DNA of 64,000 nt from Eledone cirrhosa (taxonomy: Eukaryota), in NCBI GenBank assembly GCA_964016885.1, contig OZ024755.1, positions 38,812,001-38,876,000 of the forward strand. The letters are read 5' to 3'. Position numbers and translations under genes: made by a program. A model generated the notes under the pieces. That model made no database searches. It saw nothing but the letters and a program-made list of their open reading frames with translations, and was not told the origin of the DNA. Below, one piece after another: positions 1 through 12,000 of this stretch. Positions within the stretch are counted from its first letter, which is position 1. Every line of letters starts with the position of its first letter.

Positions 1-3000
1 AGGTGTAATGTGGGTTGGAGGTGTAATGTGGGTTGGAGGTGTATGTGGGTTGGAGGTGTAATGTGGGTTGGAGGTGTAATGTGGGCTGGAGGTGTAATGT
101 CTGTTGGAGATGTAATGTGGGTTGGAGGTGTAATGTGGGTTGGAGGTGTAATGTGGGTTGGAGGTGTAATGTCTGTTGGAGGTGTAATGTCTGTTGGAGG
201 TGTACTGTGGGTTGGAAGTGTACTGTGGGTTGGAGGTGTAATGTGGGTTGGAGGTGTAATGTCTGTTGGAGGTGTAATGTGGCTTGGAGGTGTAATGTCT
301 GTTGGAGCTGTAATGTGGGTTGGAGGTGTAATGTGGGTTGGAGGTGTAATGTGGGTTGGAGGTGTAATGTGGGTTGGAGGTGTAATGTCTGTTGGAGGTG
401 TAATGTCTGTTGGAGGTGTAATGTGGGTTGAAGGTGTAATGTGGGTTGGAGGTGTAATATGGGCTGGAGGTGTAATGTCTGTTGGAGGTGTAATGTCTGT
501 TGGAGGTGTAATGTGGGTTGGAGGTGTAATGTCTGTTGGAGGTGTAATGTCTGTTGGAGATGTAATGTGGGTTGGAGGTGTAATGTGGGTTGGAGGTGTA
601 ATGTCAGTTGGAGGTGTAATGTCTGTTGGAGGTGTAATGTGGGTTGGAGGTGTAATGTCTGTTGGAGGTGTAATGTCTGTTGGAGGTGTAATGTGGGTTG
701 GAGGTGTAATGTCTGTTGGAGCTGTAATGTGGGTTGGAGGTGTAATGTGGGTTGGAGGTGTAATGTGGGTTGGAGGTGTAATGTGGGTTGGAGGTGTAAT
801 GTCTGTTGGAGGTGTAATGTAGGTTGGAGGTGTAATGTGGGTTGGAGGTGTAATGTGGGTTGGAGGTGTAATGTGGGTTGGAGGTGTAATGTCTGTTGGA
901 GGTGTAATGTGGGTTGGAGGTGTAATGTGGGTTGGAGGTGTAATGTGGGCTGGAGGTGTAATGTGGGTTGGAGGTGTAATGTCTGTTGGAGGTGTAATGT
1001 CTGTTGGAGGTGTAATGTGGGTTGGAGGTGTAATGTGGGTTGGAGGTGTAATGTCAGTTGGAGGTGTAATGTCTGTTGGAGGTGTAATGTGGGTTGGAGG
1101 TGTAATGTCTGTTGGAGGTGTAATGTGGGTTGGAGGTGTAATGTGGGTTGGAGGTGTAATGTGGGTTGGAGGTGTAATGTGGGTTGGGGGTGTAATGTCT
1201 GTTGGAGGTGTAATGTAGGTTGGAGGTGTAATGTGGGTTGGAGGTGTAATGTGGGTTGGAGGTGTAATGTGGGTTGGGGGTGTAATGTGGGTTGGGGGTG
1301 TAATGTCTGTTGGAGGTGTAATGTAGGTTGGAGGTGTAATGTCTGTTGGAGGTGTAATGTGGATTGGAGGTGTAATGTGGGTTGGAGGTGTAATGTCTGT
1401 TGGAGGTGTAATGAGGGTTGGAGGTGTAATGTGGGTTGGAGGTGTAATGTCTGTTGGAGCTGTAATGTGGGTTGGAGGTGCAATGTGGGTTGGAGGTGTA
1501 ATGTGGGTTGGAGGTGTAATGTGGGTTGGGGGTGTAATGTCTGTTGGAGGTGTAATGTAGGTTGGAGGTGTAATGTCTGTTGGAGGTGTAATGTGGATTG
1601 GAGGTGTAATGTCTGTTGGAGGTGTAATGAGGGTTGGAGGTGTAATGTGGGTTGGAGTTGTAATGTCTGTTGGAGGTGTAATGTCTGTTGTAGGTGTAAT
1701 GTGGGTTGGAGGTGTAATGTCTGTTGGAGGTGTAATGAGGGTTGGAGGTGTAATGTGGGTTGGAGGTGTAATGTCTGTTGGAGGTGTAATGTCTGTTGGA
1801 GGTGTACTGTGGGTTGGAGGTGTAATGTAGGTTGGAGGTGTAATGTAGGTTGGAGGTGTAATGTCTGTTGGAGGTGTAATGTGGGTTGGAGGTGTAATGT
1901 GGGTTGGAGGTGTAATGTCTGTTGGAGGTGTAATGTCTGTTGTAGGTGTAATGTGGGTTGGAGGTGTAATGTCTGTTGGAGGTGTAATGAGGGTTGGAGG
2001 TGTAATGTGGGTTGGAGGTGTAATGTCTGTTGGAGGTGTAATGTCTGTTGGAGGTGTACTGTGGGTTGGAGGTGTAATGTAGGTTGGAGGTGTAATGTAG
2101 GTTGGAGGTGTAATGTCTGTTGGAGGTGTAATGTGGGTTGGAGGTGTAATGTGGGTTGGAGGTGTAATGTCTGTTGGAGGTGTAATGTCTGTTGGAGGTG
2201 TAATGTGGGTTGGAGGTGTAATGTCTGTTGGAGGTGTAATGTCTGTTGGAGGTGTAATGTCTGTTGGAGGTGTAATGTGGGTTGGAGGTGTAATGTCTGT
2301 TGGAGGTGTAATGTCTGTTGGAGGTGTAATGTGGGTTGGAGGTGTAATGTGGGTTGGAGGTGTAATGTCTGTTGGAGCTGTAATGTGGGTTGGAGGTGTA
2401 ATGTGGGTTGGAGGTGTAATGTGGGTTGGAGGTGTAATGTGGGTTGGAGGTGTAATGTCTGTTGGAGGTGTAATGTCTGTTGGAGGTGTAATGTGGGTTG
2501 GAGGTGTAATGTGGGTTGGAGGTGTAATGTGGGCTGGAGGTGTAATGTCTGTTGGAGGTGTAATGTCTGTTGGAGGTGTAATGTGGGTTGGAGGTGTAAT
2601 GTCTGTTGGAGGTGTAATGTCTGTTGGAGATGTAATGTGGGTTGGAGGTGTAATGTGGGTTGGAGGTGTAATGTCAGTTGGAGGTGTAATGTCTGTTGGA
2701 GGTGTAATGTGGGTTGGAGGTGTAATGTCTATTGGAGGTGTAATGTCTGTTGGAGGTGTAATGTGGGTTGGAGGTGTAATGTGGGTTGGAGGTGTAATGT
2801 GGGCTGGAGGTGTAATGTGGGTTGGAGGTGTAATGTCTGTTGGAGGTGTAATGTCTGTTGGAGATGTAATGTGGGTTGGAGGTGTAATGTGGGTTGGAGG
2901 TGTAATGTCAGTTGGAGGTGTAATGTCTGTTGGAGGTGTAATGTCTGTTGGAGGTGTAATGTGGGTTGGAGGTGTAATGTGGGTTGGAGGTGTAATGTCT

Positions 3001-6000
3001 GTTGGAGCTGTAATGTGGGTTGGAGGTGTAATGTGGGTTGGAGGTGTAATGTCTGTTGGAGGTGTAATGTCTGTTGGAGGTGTAATGTCTGTTGGAGGTG
3101 TAATGTGGGTTGGAGGTGTAATGTGGGTTGGAGGTGTAATGTCTGTTGGAGGTGTAATGTAGGTTGGAGGTGTAATGTCTGTTGGAGGTGTAATGTGGGT
3201 TGGAGGTGTAATGTGGGTTGGAGGTGTAATGTCTGTTGGAGGTGTAATGTAGGTTGGAGGTGTAATGTCTGTTGGAGGTGTAATGTGGGTTGGAGGTGTA
3301 ATGTGGGTTGGAGGTGTAATGTCTGTTGGAGGTGTAATGAGGGTTGGAGGTGTAATGTGGGTTGGAGGTGTAATGTCTGTTGGAGCTGTAATGTGGGTTG
3401 GAGGTGTAATGTGGGTTGGAGGTGTAATGTCTGTTGGAGGTGTAATGTAGGTTGGAGGTGTAATGTCTGTTGGAGGTGTAATGTGGGTTGGAGGTGTAAT
3501 GTGGGTTGGAGGTGTAATGTCTGTTGGAGGTGTAATGAGGGTTGGAGGTGTAATGTGGGTTGGAGGTGTAATGTCTGTTGGAGGTGTAATGTGGGTTGGA
3601 GGTGTAATGTCTGTTGGAGGTGTAATGTGGGTTGGAGGTGTAATGTGGGTTGGAGGTGTAATGTGGGTTGGAGGTGTAATGTCTGTTGGAGGTGTAATGT
3701 GGGTTGGAGGTGTAATGTGGGTTGGAGGTGTAATGTGGGTTGGAGGTGTAATGTGGGTTGGAGGTGTAATGTGGGCTGGAGGTGTAATGTGGGCTGGAGG
3801 TGTAATGTCTGTTGGAGATGTAATGTGGGTTGGAGGTGTAATGTGGGTTGGAGGTGTAATGTGGGTTGGAGGTGTAATGTCTGTTGGAGGTGTAATGTGG
3901 GTTGGAGGTGTAATGTGGGTTGGAGGTGTAATGTCTGTTGGAGGTGTAATGTCTGTTGGAGGTGTAATGTCTGTTGGAGGTGTAATGTGGGTTGGAGGTG
4001 TAATGTGGGTTGGAGGTGTAATGTCTGTTGAAGGTGTAATGTGGGTTGGAGGTGTAATGTCTGTTGGAGGTGTAATGTCTGTTGGAGGTGTAATTTGGTT
4101 TGGAGGTGTATGTGGGTTGGAGGTGTAATGTCTGTTGTAGGTGTAATGTCTGTTGGAGGTGTAATGTGGGTTGGAGGTGTATGTGGGTTGGAGGTGTAAT
4201 GTGGGTTGGAGGTGTATGTGGGTTGGAGGTGTAATGTCTGTTGGAGGTGTAATGTATGTTGGAGATGTAATGTCTGTTGGAGGTGTAATGTGGGTTGGAG
4301 GTGTAATGTGGGTTGGAGGTGTAATGTCTGTTGGAGGTGTAATGAGGGTTGGAGGTGTACTGTGGATTGGAGGTGTAATGTCTGTTGGAGGTGTAATGTC
4401 TGTTGGAGGTGTAATGTAGGTTGGAGGTGTAATGTGGGTTGGAGGTGTAATGTGGGTTGGAGGTGTATGTGGGTTGGAGGTGTAATGTGGGTTGGAGGTG
4501 TAATGTGGGCTGGAGGTGTAATGTCTGTTGGAGATGTAATGTGGGTTGGAGGTGTAATGTGGGTTGGAGGTGTAATGTCTGTTGGAGGTGTAATGTCTGT
4601 TGGAGGTGTACTGTGGGTTGGAAGTGTACTGTGGGTTGGAGGTGTAATGTGGGTTGGAGGTGTAATGTCTGTTGGAGGTGTAATGTGGGTTGGAGGTGTA
4701 ATGTGGGTTGGAGGTATAATGTCTGTTGGAGGTGTAATGTCTGTTGGAGGTGTAATGTGGGTTGGAGGTGTAATGTCTGTTGGAGCTGTAATGTGGGTTG
4801 GAGGTGTAATGTGGGTTGGAGGTGTAATGTGGGTTGGAGGTGTAATGTCTGTTGGAGGTGTAATGTCTGTTGGAGGTGTAATGTGGGTTGAAGGTGTAAT
4901 GTGGGTTGGAGGTGTAATGTGGGCTGGAGGTGTAATGTCTGTTGGAGGTGTAATGTCTGTTGGAGGTGTAATGTGGGTTGGAGGTGTAATGTCTGTTGGA
5001 GGTGTAATGTCTGTTGGAGGTGTAATGTGGGTTGGAGGTGTAATGTCTGTTGGAGCTGTAATGTGGGTTGGAGGTGTAATGTGGGTTGGAGGTGTAATGT
5101 GGGTTGGAGGTGTAATGTGGGTTGGAGGTGTAATGTCAGTTGGAGGTGTAATGTCTGTTGGAGGTGTAATGTGGGTTGGAGGTGTAATGTCTGTTGGAGG
5201 TGTAATGTCTGTTGGAGGTGTAATGTGGGTTGGAGGTGTAATGTCTGTTGGAGCTGTAATGTGGGTTGGAGGTGTAATGTGGGTTGGAGGTGTAATGTGG
5301 GTTGGAGGTGTAATGTGGGTTGGAGGTGTAATGTCTGTTGGAGGTGTAATGTAGGTTGGAGGTGTAATGTGGGTTGGAGGTGTAATGTGGGTTGGAGGTG
5401 TAATGTGGGTTGGAGGTGTAATGTCTGTTGGAGGTGTAATGTCTGTTGGAGGTGTAATGTGGGTTGGAGGTGTAATGTGGGTTGGAGGTGTAATGTGGGC
5501 TGGAGGTGTAATGTGGGTTGGAGGTGTAATGTCTGTTGGAGGTGTAATGTCTGTTGGAGATGTAATGTGGGTTGGAGGTGTAATGTGGGTTGGAGGTGTA
5601 ATGTCAGTTGGAGGTGTAATGTCTGTTGGAGGTGTAATGTGGGTTGGAGGTGTAATGTCTGTTGGAGGTGTAATGTCTGTTGGAGGTGTAATGTGGGTTG
5701 GAGGTGTAATGTGGGTTGGAGGTGTAATGTCTGTTGGAGCTGTAATGTGGGTTGGAGGTGTAATGTGGGTTGGAGGTGTAATGTGGGTTGGAGGTGTAAT
5801 GTGGGTTGGAGGTGTAATGTCTGTTGGAGGTGTAATGTAGGTTGGAGGTGTAATGTCTGTTGGAGGTGTAATGTGGATTGGAGGTGTAATGTGGGTTGGA
5901 GGTGTAATGTCTGTTGGAGGTGTAATGAGGGTTGGAGGTGTAATGTGGGTTGGAGGTGTAATGTCTGTTGGAGGTGTAATGTCTGTTGGAGGTGTAATGT

Positions 6001-9000
6001 AGGTTGGAGGTGTAATGTAGGTTGGAGGTGTAATGTCTGTTGGAGGTGTAATGTGGGTTGGAGGTGTAATGTGGGTTGGAGGTGTAATGTCTATTGGAGG
6101 TGTAATGTCTGTTGGAGGTGTAATGTGGGTTGGAGGTGTAATGTCTGTTGGAGGTGTAATGTCTGTTGGAGGTGTAATGTGGGTTGGAGGTGTAATGTGG
6201 GTTGGAGGTGTAATGTCTGTTGGAGGTGTAATGTCTGTTGGAGGGGTAATGTCTGTTGGAGGTGTAATGTGGGTTGGAGGTGTAATGTGGGTTGGAGGTG
6301 TAATGTGGCTTGGAGGTGTAATGTGGGTTGGAGGTGTAATGTCTGTTGGAGGTGTAATGTGGGTTGGAGGTGTAATATCTGTTGGAGGTGTAATGTGGGT
6401 TGGAGGTGTAATGTGGGTTGGAGGTGTAATGTCTGCTGGAGGTGTAATGTGGGTTGGAGGTGTAATGTCTGTTGGAGGTGTAATGTCTGTTGGAGGTGTA
6501 ATGTGGGTTCGAGGTGTAATGTGGGTTGGAGGTGTAATGTGGGTTGGAGGTGTAATGTGGGTTGGAGATGTAATGTCTGTTGGAGGTGTAATGTCTGTTG
6601 GAGGTGTAATGTGGGTTCGAGGTGTAATGTGGGTTGGAGGTGTAATGTGGGTTGGAGGTGTAATGTGGGTTGAAGGTGTAATGTGGGTTGGAGATGTAAT
6701 GTCTGTTGGAGGTGTAATGTCTGTTGGAGGTGTAATGTCTGTTGGAGGTGTAATGTCTGTTGGAGGTGTAATGTCTGTTGGAGGTGTAATGTGGGTTGGA
6801 GGTGTAATGTCTGTTGGAGGTGTAATGTGGGTTGGAGGTGTAATGTCTGTTGGAGGTGTAATGTCTGTTGGAGGTTTAATGTCTGTTGGAGGTGTAATGT
6901 GGGTTGGAGGTGTATGTGGGTTGGAGGTGTAATGTCTGTTGGAGGTGTAATGTCTGTTGGAGGTGTAATGTCTGTTGGAGGTGTAATGTGGGTTGGAGGT
7001 GTAATGTGGGTTGGAGGTGTATGTGGGTTGGAGGTGTAATGTGGGTTGGAGGTGTAATGTCTGTTGGAGGTGTAATGTCTGTTGGAGGTGTAATGTGGGT
7101 TGGAGGTGTATGTGGGTTGGAGGTGTAATGTCTGTTGGAGGTGTAATGTCTGTTGGAGGTGTAATGTGGGTTGGAGGTGTATGTGGGTTGGAGGTGTAAT
7201 GTGGGTTGGAGGTGTAATGTCTGTTGGAGGTGTAATGTCTGTTGGAGGTGTAATGTGGGTTGGAGGTGTATGTGGGTTGGAGGTGTAATGTCTGTTGGAG
7301 GTGTAATGTCTGTTGGAGGTGTAATGTCAGTTGGAGGTGTAATGTGGGTTGTAGGTGTAATGTCTGTTGGAGCTGTAATGTCTGTTGGAGGTGTAATGTG
7401 GGTTGGAGGTGTATGTGGGTTGGAGGTGTAATGTGGGTTGGAGGTGTAATGTCTGTTGGAGGTGTTATGTCTGTTGGAGGTGTAATGTGGGTTGGAGGTG
7501 TATGTGGGTTGGAGGTGTAATGTCTGTTGGAGGTGTAATGTGGGTTGGAGGTGTATGTGGGTTGGAGGTGTAATGTGGGTGGAGGTGTAATGTCTGTTGG
7601 AGGTGGAATGTCTGTTGGAGGTGTAATGTGGGTTGGAGGTGTATGTGGGGTGGAGGTGTAATGTCTGTTGGAGGTGTAATGTCTGTTGGAGTTGTAATGT
7701 GGGTTGGAAGTGTAATGTCTGTTGGAGGTGTAATGTGGGTTGGAGGTGTAATGTCTGTTGGAGGTGTAATGTGGGTTGGAGGTGTAATGTGGGTTGGAGG
7801 TGTAATGTCTGTTGGAGGTGTAATGTCTGTTGGAGGTGTAATGTAGGTTGGAGGTGTAATGTGGGTTGGAGGTGTAATGTGGGTTGGAGGTGTATGTGGG
7901 TTGGAGGTGTAATGTGGGTTGGAGGTGTAATGTGGCCTGGAGGTGTAATGTCTGTTGGAGATGTAATGTGGGTTGGAGGTGTAATGTGGGTTAGAGGTGT
8001 AATGTCTGTTGGAGGTGTAATGTCTGTTGGAGGTGTAATGTGGGTTGGAGGTGTAATGTCTGTTGGAGGTGTAATGTCTGTTGGAGTTGTAATGTCTGTT
8101 GGAGGTGTAATGTCTGTTGGAGGTGTAATGTCTGTTGGAGGTGTAATGTGGGTTGGAGGTGTAATGTCTGTTGGAGGTGTAATGTGGGTTGGAGGTGTAA
8201 TGTCTGTTGGAGGTGTAATGTGGGTTGGAGGTGTAATGTCTGTTGGAGGTGTAATGTGGGTTGGAGGTGTAATGTGGGTTGGAGGTGTAATATCTGTTGG
8301 AGGTGTAATGTGGGTTGGAGGTGTAATGTGGGTTGGAGGTGTAATGTCTGTTGGAGGTGTAATGTGGGTTGGAGGTGTAATGTCTGTTGGAGGTGTAATG
8401 TCTGTTGGAGGTGTAATGTGGGTTGGAGGTGTAATGTGGGTTGGAGGTGTAATGTGGGTTGGAGGTGTAATGTCTGTTGGAGGTGTAATGTGGGTTGGAC
8501 GTGTAATGTGGGTTGGAGGTGTAATGTGGGTTGGAGGTGTAATGTGGGTTGGAGGTGTAATGTGGGTTGGAGGTGTAATGTGGGCTGGAGGTGTAATGTG
8601 GGCTGGAGGTGTAATGTCTGTTGGAGATGTAATGTGGGTTGGAGGTGTAATGTGGGTTGGAGGTGTAATGTGGGTTGGAGGTGTAATGTCTGTTGGAGGT
8701 GTAATGTGGGTTGGAGGTGTAATGTGGGTTGGAGGTGTAATGTCTGTTGGAGGTGTAATGTCTGTTGGAGGTGTAATGTCTGTTGGAGGTGTAATGTGGG
8801 TTGGAGGTGTAATGTGGGTTGGAGGTGTAATGTCTGTTGAAGGTGTAATGTGGGTTGGAGGTGTAATGTCTGTTGGAGGTGTAATGTCTGTTGGAGGTGT
8901 AATTTGGTTTGGAGGTGTATGTGGGTTGGAGGTGTAATGTCTGTTGTAGGTGTAATGTCTGTTGGAGGTGTAATGTGGGTTGGAGGTGTATGTGGGTTGG

Positions 9001-12000
9001 AGGTGTAATGTGGGTTGGAGGTGTATGTGGGTTGGAGGTGTAATGTCTGTTGGAGGTGTAATGTATGTTGGAGATGTAATGTCTGTTGGAGGTGTAATGT
9101 GGGTTGGAGGTGTAATGTGGGTTGGAGGTGTAATGTCTGTTGGAGGTGTAATGAGGGTTGGAGGTGTACTGTGGATTGGAGGTGTAATGTCTGTTGGAGG
9201 TGTAATGTCTGTTGGAGGTGTAATGTAGGTTGGAGGTGTAATGTGGGTTGGAGGTGTAATGTGGGTTGGAGGTGTATGTGGGTTGGAGGTGTAATGTGGG
9301 TTGGAGGTGTAATGTGGGCTGGAGGTGTAATGTCTGTTGGAGATGTAATGTGGGTTGGAGGTGTAATGTGGGTTGGAGGTGTAATGTCTGTTGGAGGTGT
9401 AATGTCTGTTGGAGGTGTACTGTGGGTTGGAAGTGTACTGTGGGTTGGAGGTGTAATGTGGGTTGGAGGTGTAATGTCTGTTGGAGGTGTAATGTGGGTT
9501 GGAGGTGTAATGTGGGTTGGAGGTATAATGTCTGTTGGAGGTGTAATGTCTGTTGGAGGTGTAATGTGGGTTGGAGGTGTAATGTCTGTTGGAGCTGTAA
9601 TGTGCGTTGGAGGTGTAATGTGGGTTGGAGGTGTAATGTGGGTTGGAGGTGTAATGTCTGTTGGAGGTGTAATGTCTGTTGGAGGTGTAATGTGGGTTGA
9701 AGGTGTAATGTGGGTTGGAGGTGTAATGTGGGCTGGAGGTGTAATGTCTGTTGGAGGTGTAATGTCTGTTGGAGGTGTAATGTGGGTTGGAGGTGTAATG
9801 TCTGTTGGAGGTGTAATGTCTGTTGGAGGTGTAATGTCTGTTGGAGATGTAATGTGGGTTGGAGGTGTAATGTGGGTTGGAGGTGTAATGTCAGTTGGAG
9901 GTGTAATGTCTGTTGGAGGTGTAATGTGGGTTGGAGGTGTAATGTCTGTTGGAGGTGTAATGTCTGTTGGAGGTGTAATGTGGGTTGAAGGTGTAATGTG
10001 GGTTGGAGGTGTAATGTGGGCTGGAGGTGTAATGTCTGTTGGAGGTGTAATGTCTGTTGGAGGTGTAATGTGGGTTGGAGGTGTAATGTCTGTTGGAGGT
10101 GTAATGTCTGTTGGAGGTGTAATGTCTGTTGGAGATGTAATGTGGGTTGGAGGTGTAATGTGAGTTGGAGGTGTAATGTCAGTTGGAGGTGTAATGTCTG
10201 TTGGAGGTGTAATGTGGGTTGGAGGTGTAATGTCTGTTGGAGGTGTAATGTGGGTTGGAGGTGTAATGTCTGTTGGAGGTGTAATGTGGGTTGGAGGTGT
10301 AATGTCTGTTGGAGGTGTAATGTGGGTTGGAGGTGTAATGTCTGTTGGAGGTGTAATGTGGGTTGGAGGTGTAATGTCTGTTGGAGGTGTAATGTGGGTT
10401 GGAGGTGTAATGTCTGTTGGAGCTGTAATGTGGGTTGGAGGTGTAATGTGGGTTGGAGGTGTAATGTGGGTTGGAGGTGTAATGTGGGTTGGAGGTGTAA
10501 TGTCTGTTGGAGGTGTAATGTAGGTTGGAGGTGTAATGTGGGTTGGAGGTGTAATGTGGGTTGGAGGTGTAATGTGGGTTGGAGGTGTAATGTCTGTTGG
10601 AGGTGTAATGTCTGTTGGAGGTGTAATGTGGGTTGGAGGTGTAATGTGGGTTGGAGGTGTAATGTGGGCTGGAGGTGTAATGTGGGTTGGAGGTGTAATG
10701 TCTGTTGGAGGTGTAATGTCTGTTGGAGATGTAATGTGGGTTGGAGGTGTAATGTGGGTTGGAGGTGTAATGTCAGTTGGAGGTGTAATGTCTGTTGGAG
10801 GTGTAATGTGGGTTGGAGGTGTAATGTCTGTTGGAGGTGTAATGTCTGTTGGAGGTGTAATGTGGGTTGGAGGTGTAATGTGGGTTGGAGGTGTAATGTC
10901 TGTTGGAGCTGTAATGTGGGTTGGAGGTGTAATGTGGGTTGGAGGTGTAATGTGGGTTGGAGGTGTAATGTGGGTTGGAGGTGTAATGTCTGTTGGAGGT
11001 GTAATGTAGGTTGGAGGTGTAATGTCTGTTGGAGGTGTAATGTGGATTGGAGGTGTAATGTGGGTTGGAGGTGTAATGTCTGTTGGAGGTGTAATGAGGG
11101 TTGGAGGTGTAATGTGGGTTGGAGGTGTAATGTCTGTTGGAGGTGTAATGTCTGTTGGAGGTGTAATGTAGGTTGGAGGTGTAATGTAGGTTGGAGGTGT
11201 AATGTCTGTTGGAGGTGTAATGTGGGTTGGAGGTGTAATGTGGGTTGGAGGTGTAATGTCTATTGGAGGTGTAATGTCTGTTGGAGGTGTAATGTGGGTT
11301 GGAGGTGTAATGTCTGTTGGAGGTGTAATGTCTGTTGGAGGTGTAATGTGGGTTGGAGGTGTAATGTGGGTTGGAGGTGTAATGTCTGTTGGAGGTGTAA
11401 TGTCTGTTGGAGGGGTAATGTCTGTTGGAGGTGTAATGTGGGTTGGAGGTGTAATGTGGCTTGGAGGTGTAATGTGGGTTGGAGGTGTAATGTCTGTTGG
11501 AGGTGTAATGTGGGTTGGAGGTGTAATATCTGTTGGAGGTGTAATGTGGGTTGGAGGTGTAATGTGGGTTGGAGGTGTAATGTCTGCTGGAGGTGTAATG
11601 TGGGTTGGAGGTGTAATGTCTGTTGGAGGTGTAATGTCTGTTGGAGGTGTAATGTGGGTTCGAGGTGTAATGTGGGTTGGAGGTGTAATGTGGGTTGGAG
11701 GTGTAATGTGGGTTGGAGATGTAATGTCTGTTGGAGGTGTAATGTCTGTTGGAGGTGTAATGTCTGTTGGAGGTGTAATGTCTGTTGGAGGTGTAATGTG
11801 GGTTGGAGGTGTAATGTCTGTTGGAGGTGTAATGTGGGTTGGAGGTGTAATGTCTGTTGGAGGTGTAATGTCTGTTGGAGGTTTAATGTCTGTTGGAGGT
11901 GTAATGTGGGTTGGAGGTGTATGTGGGTTGGAGGTGTAATGTCTGTTGGAGGTGTAATGTCTGTTGGAGGTGTAATGTCTGTTGGAGGTGTAATGTGGGT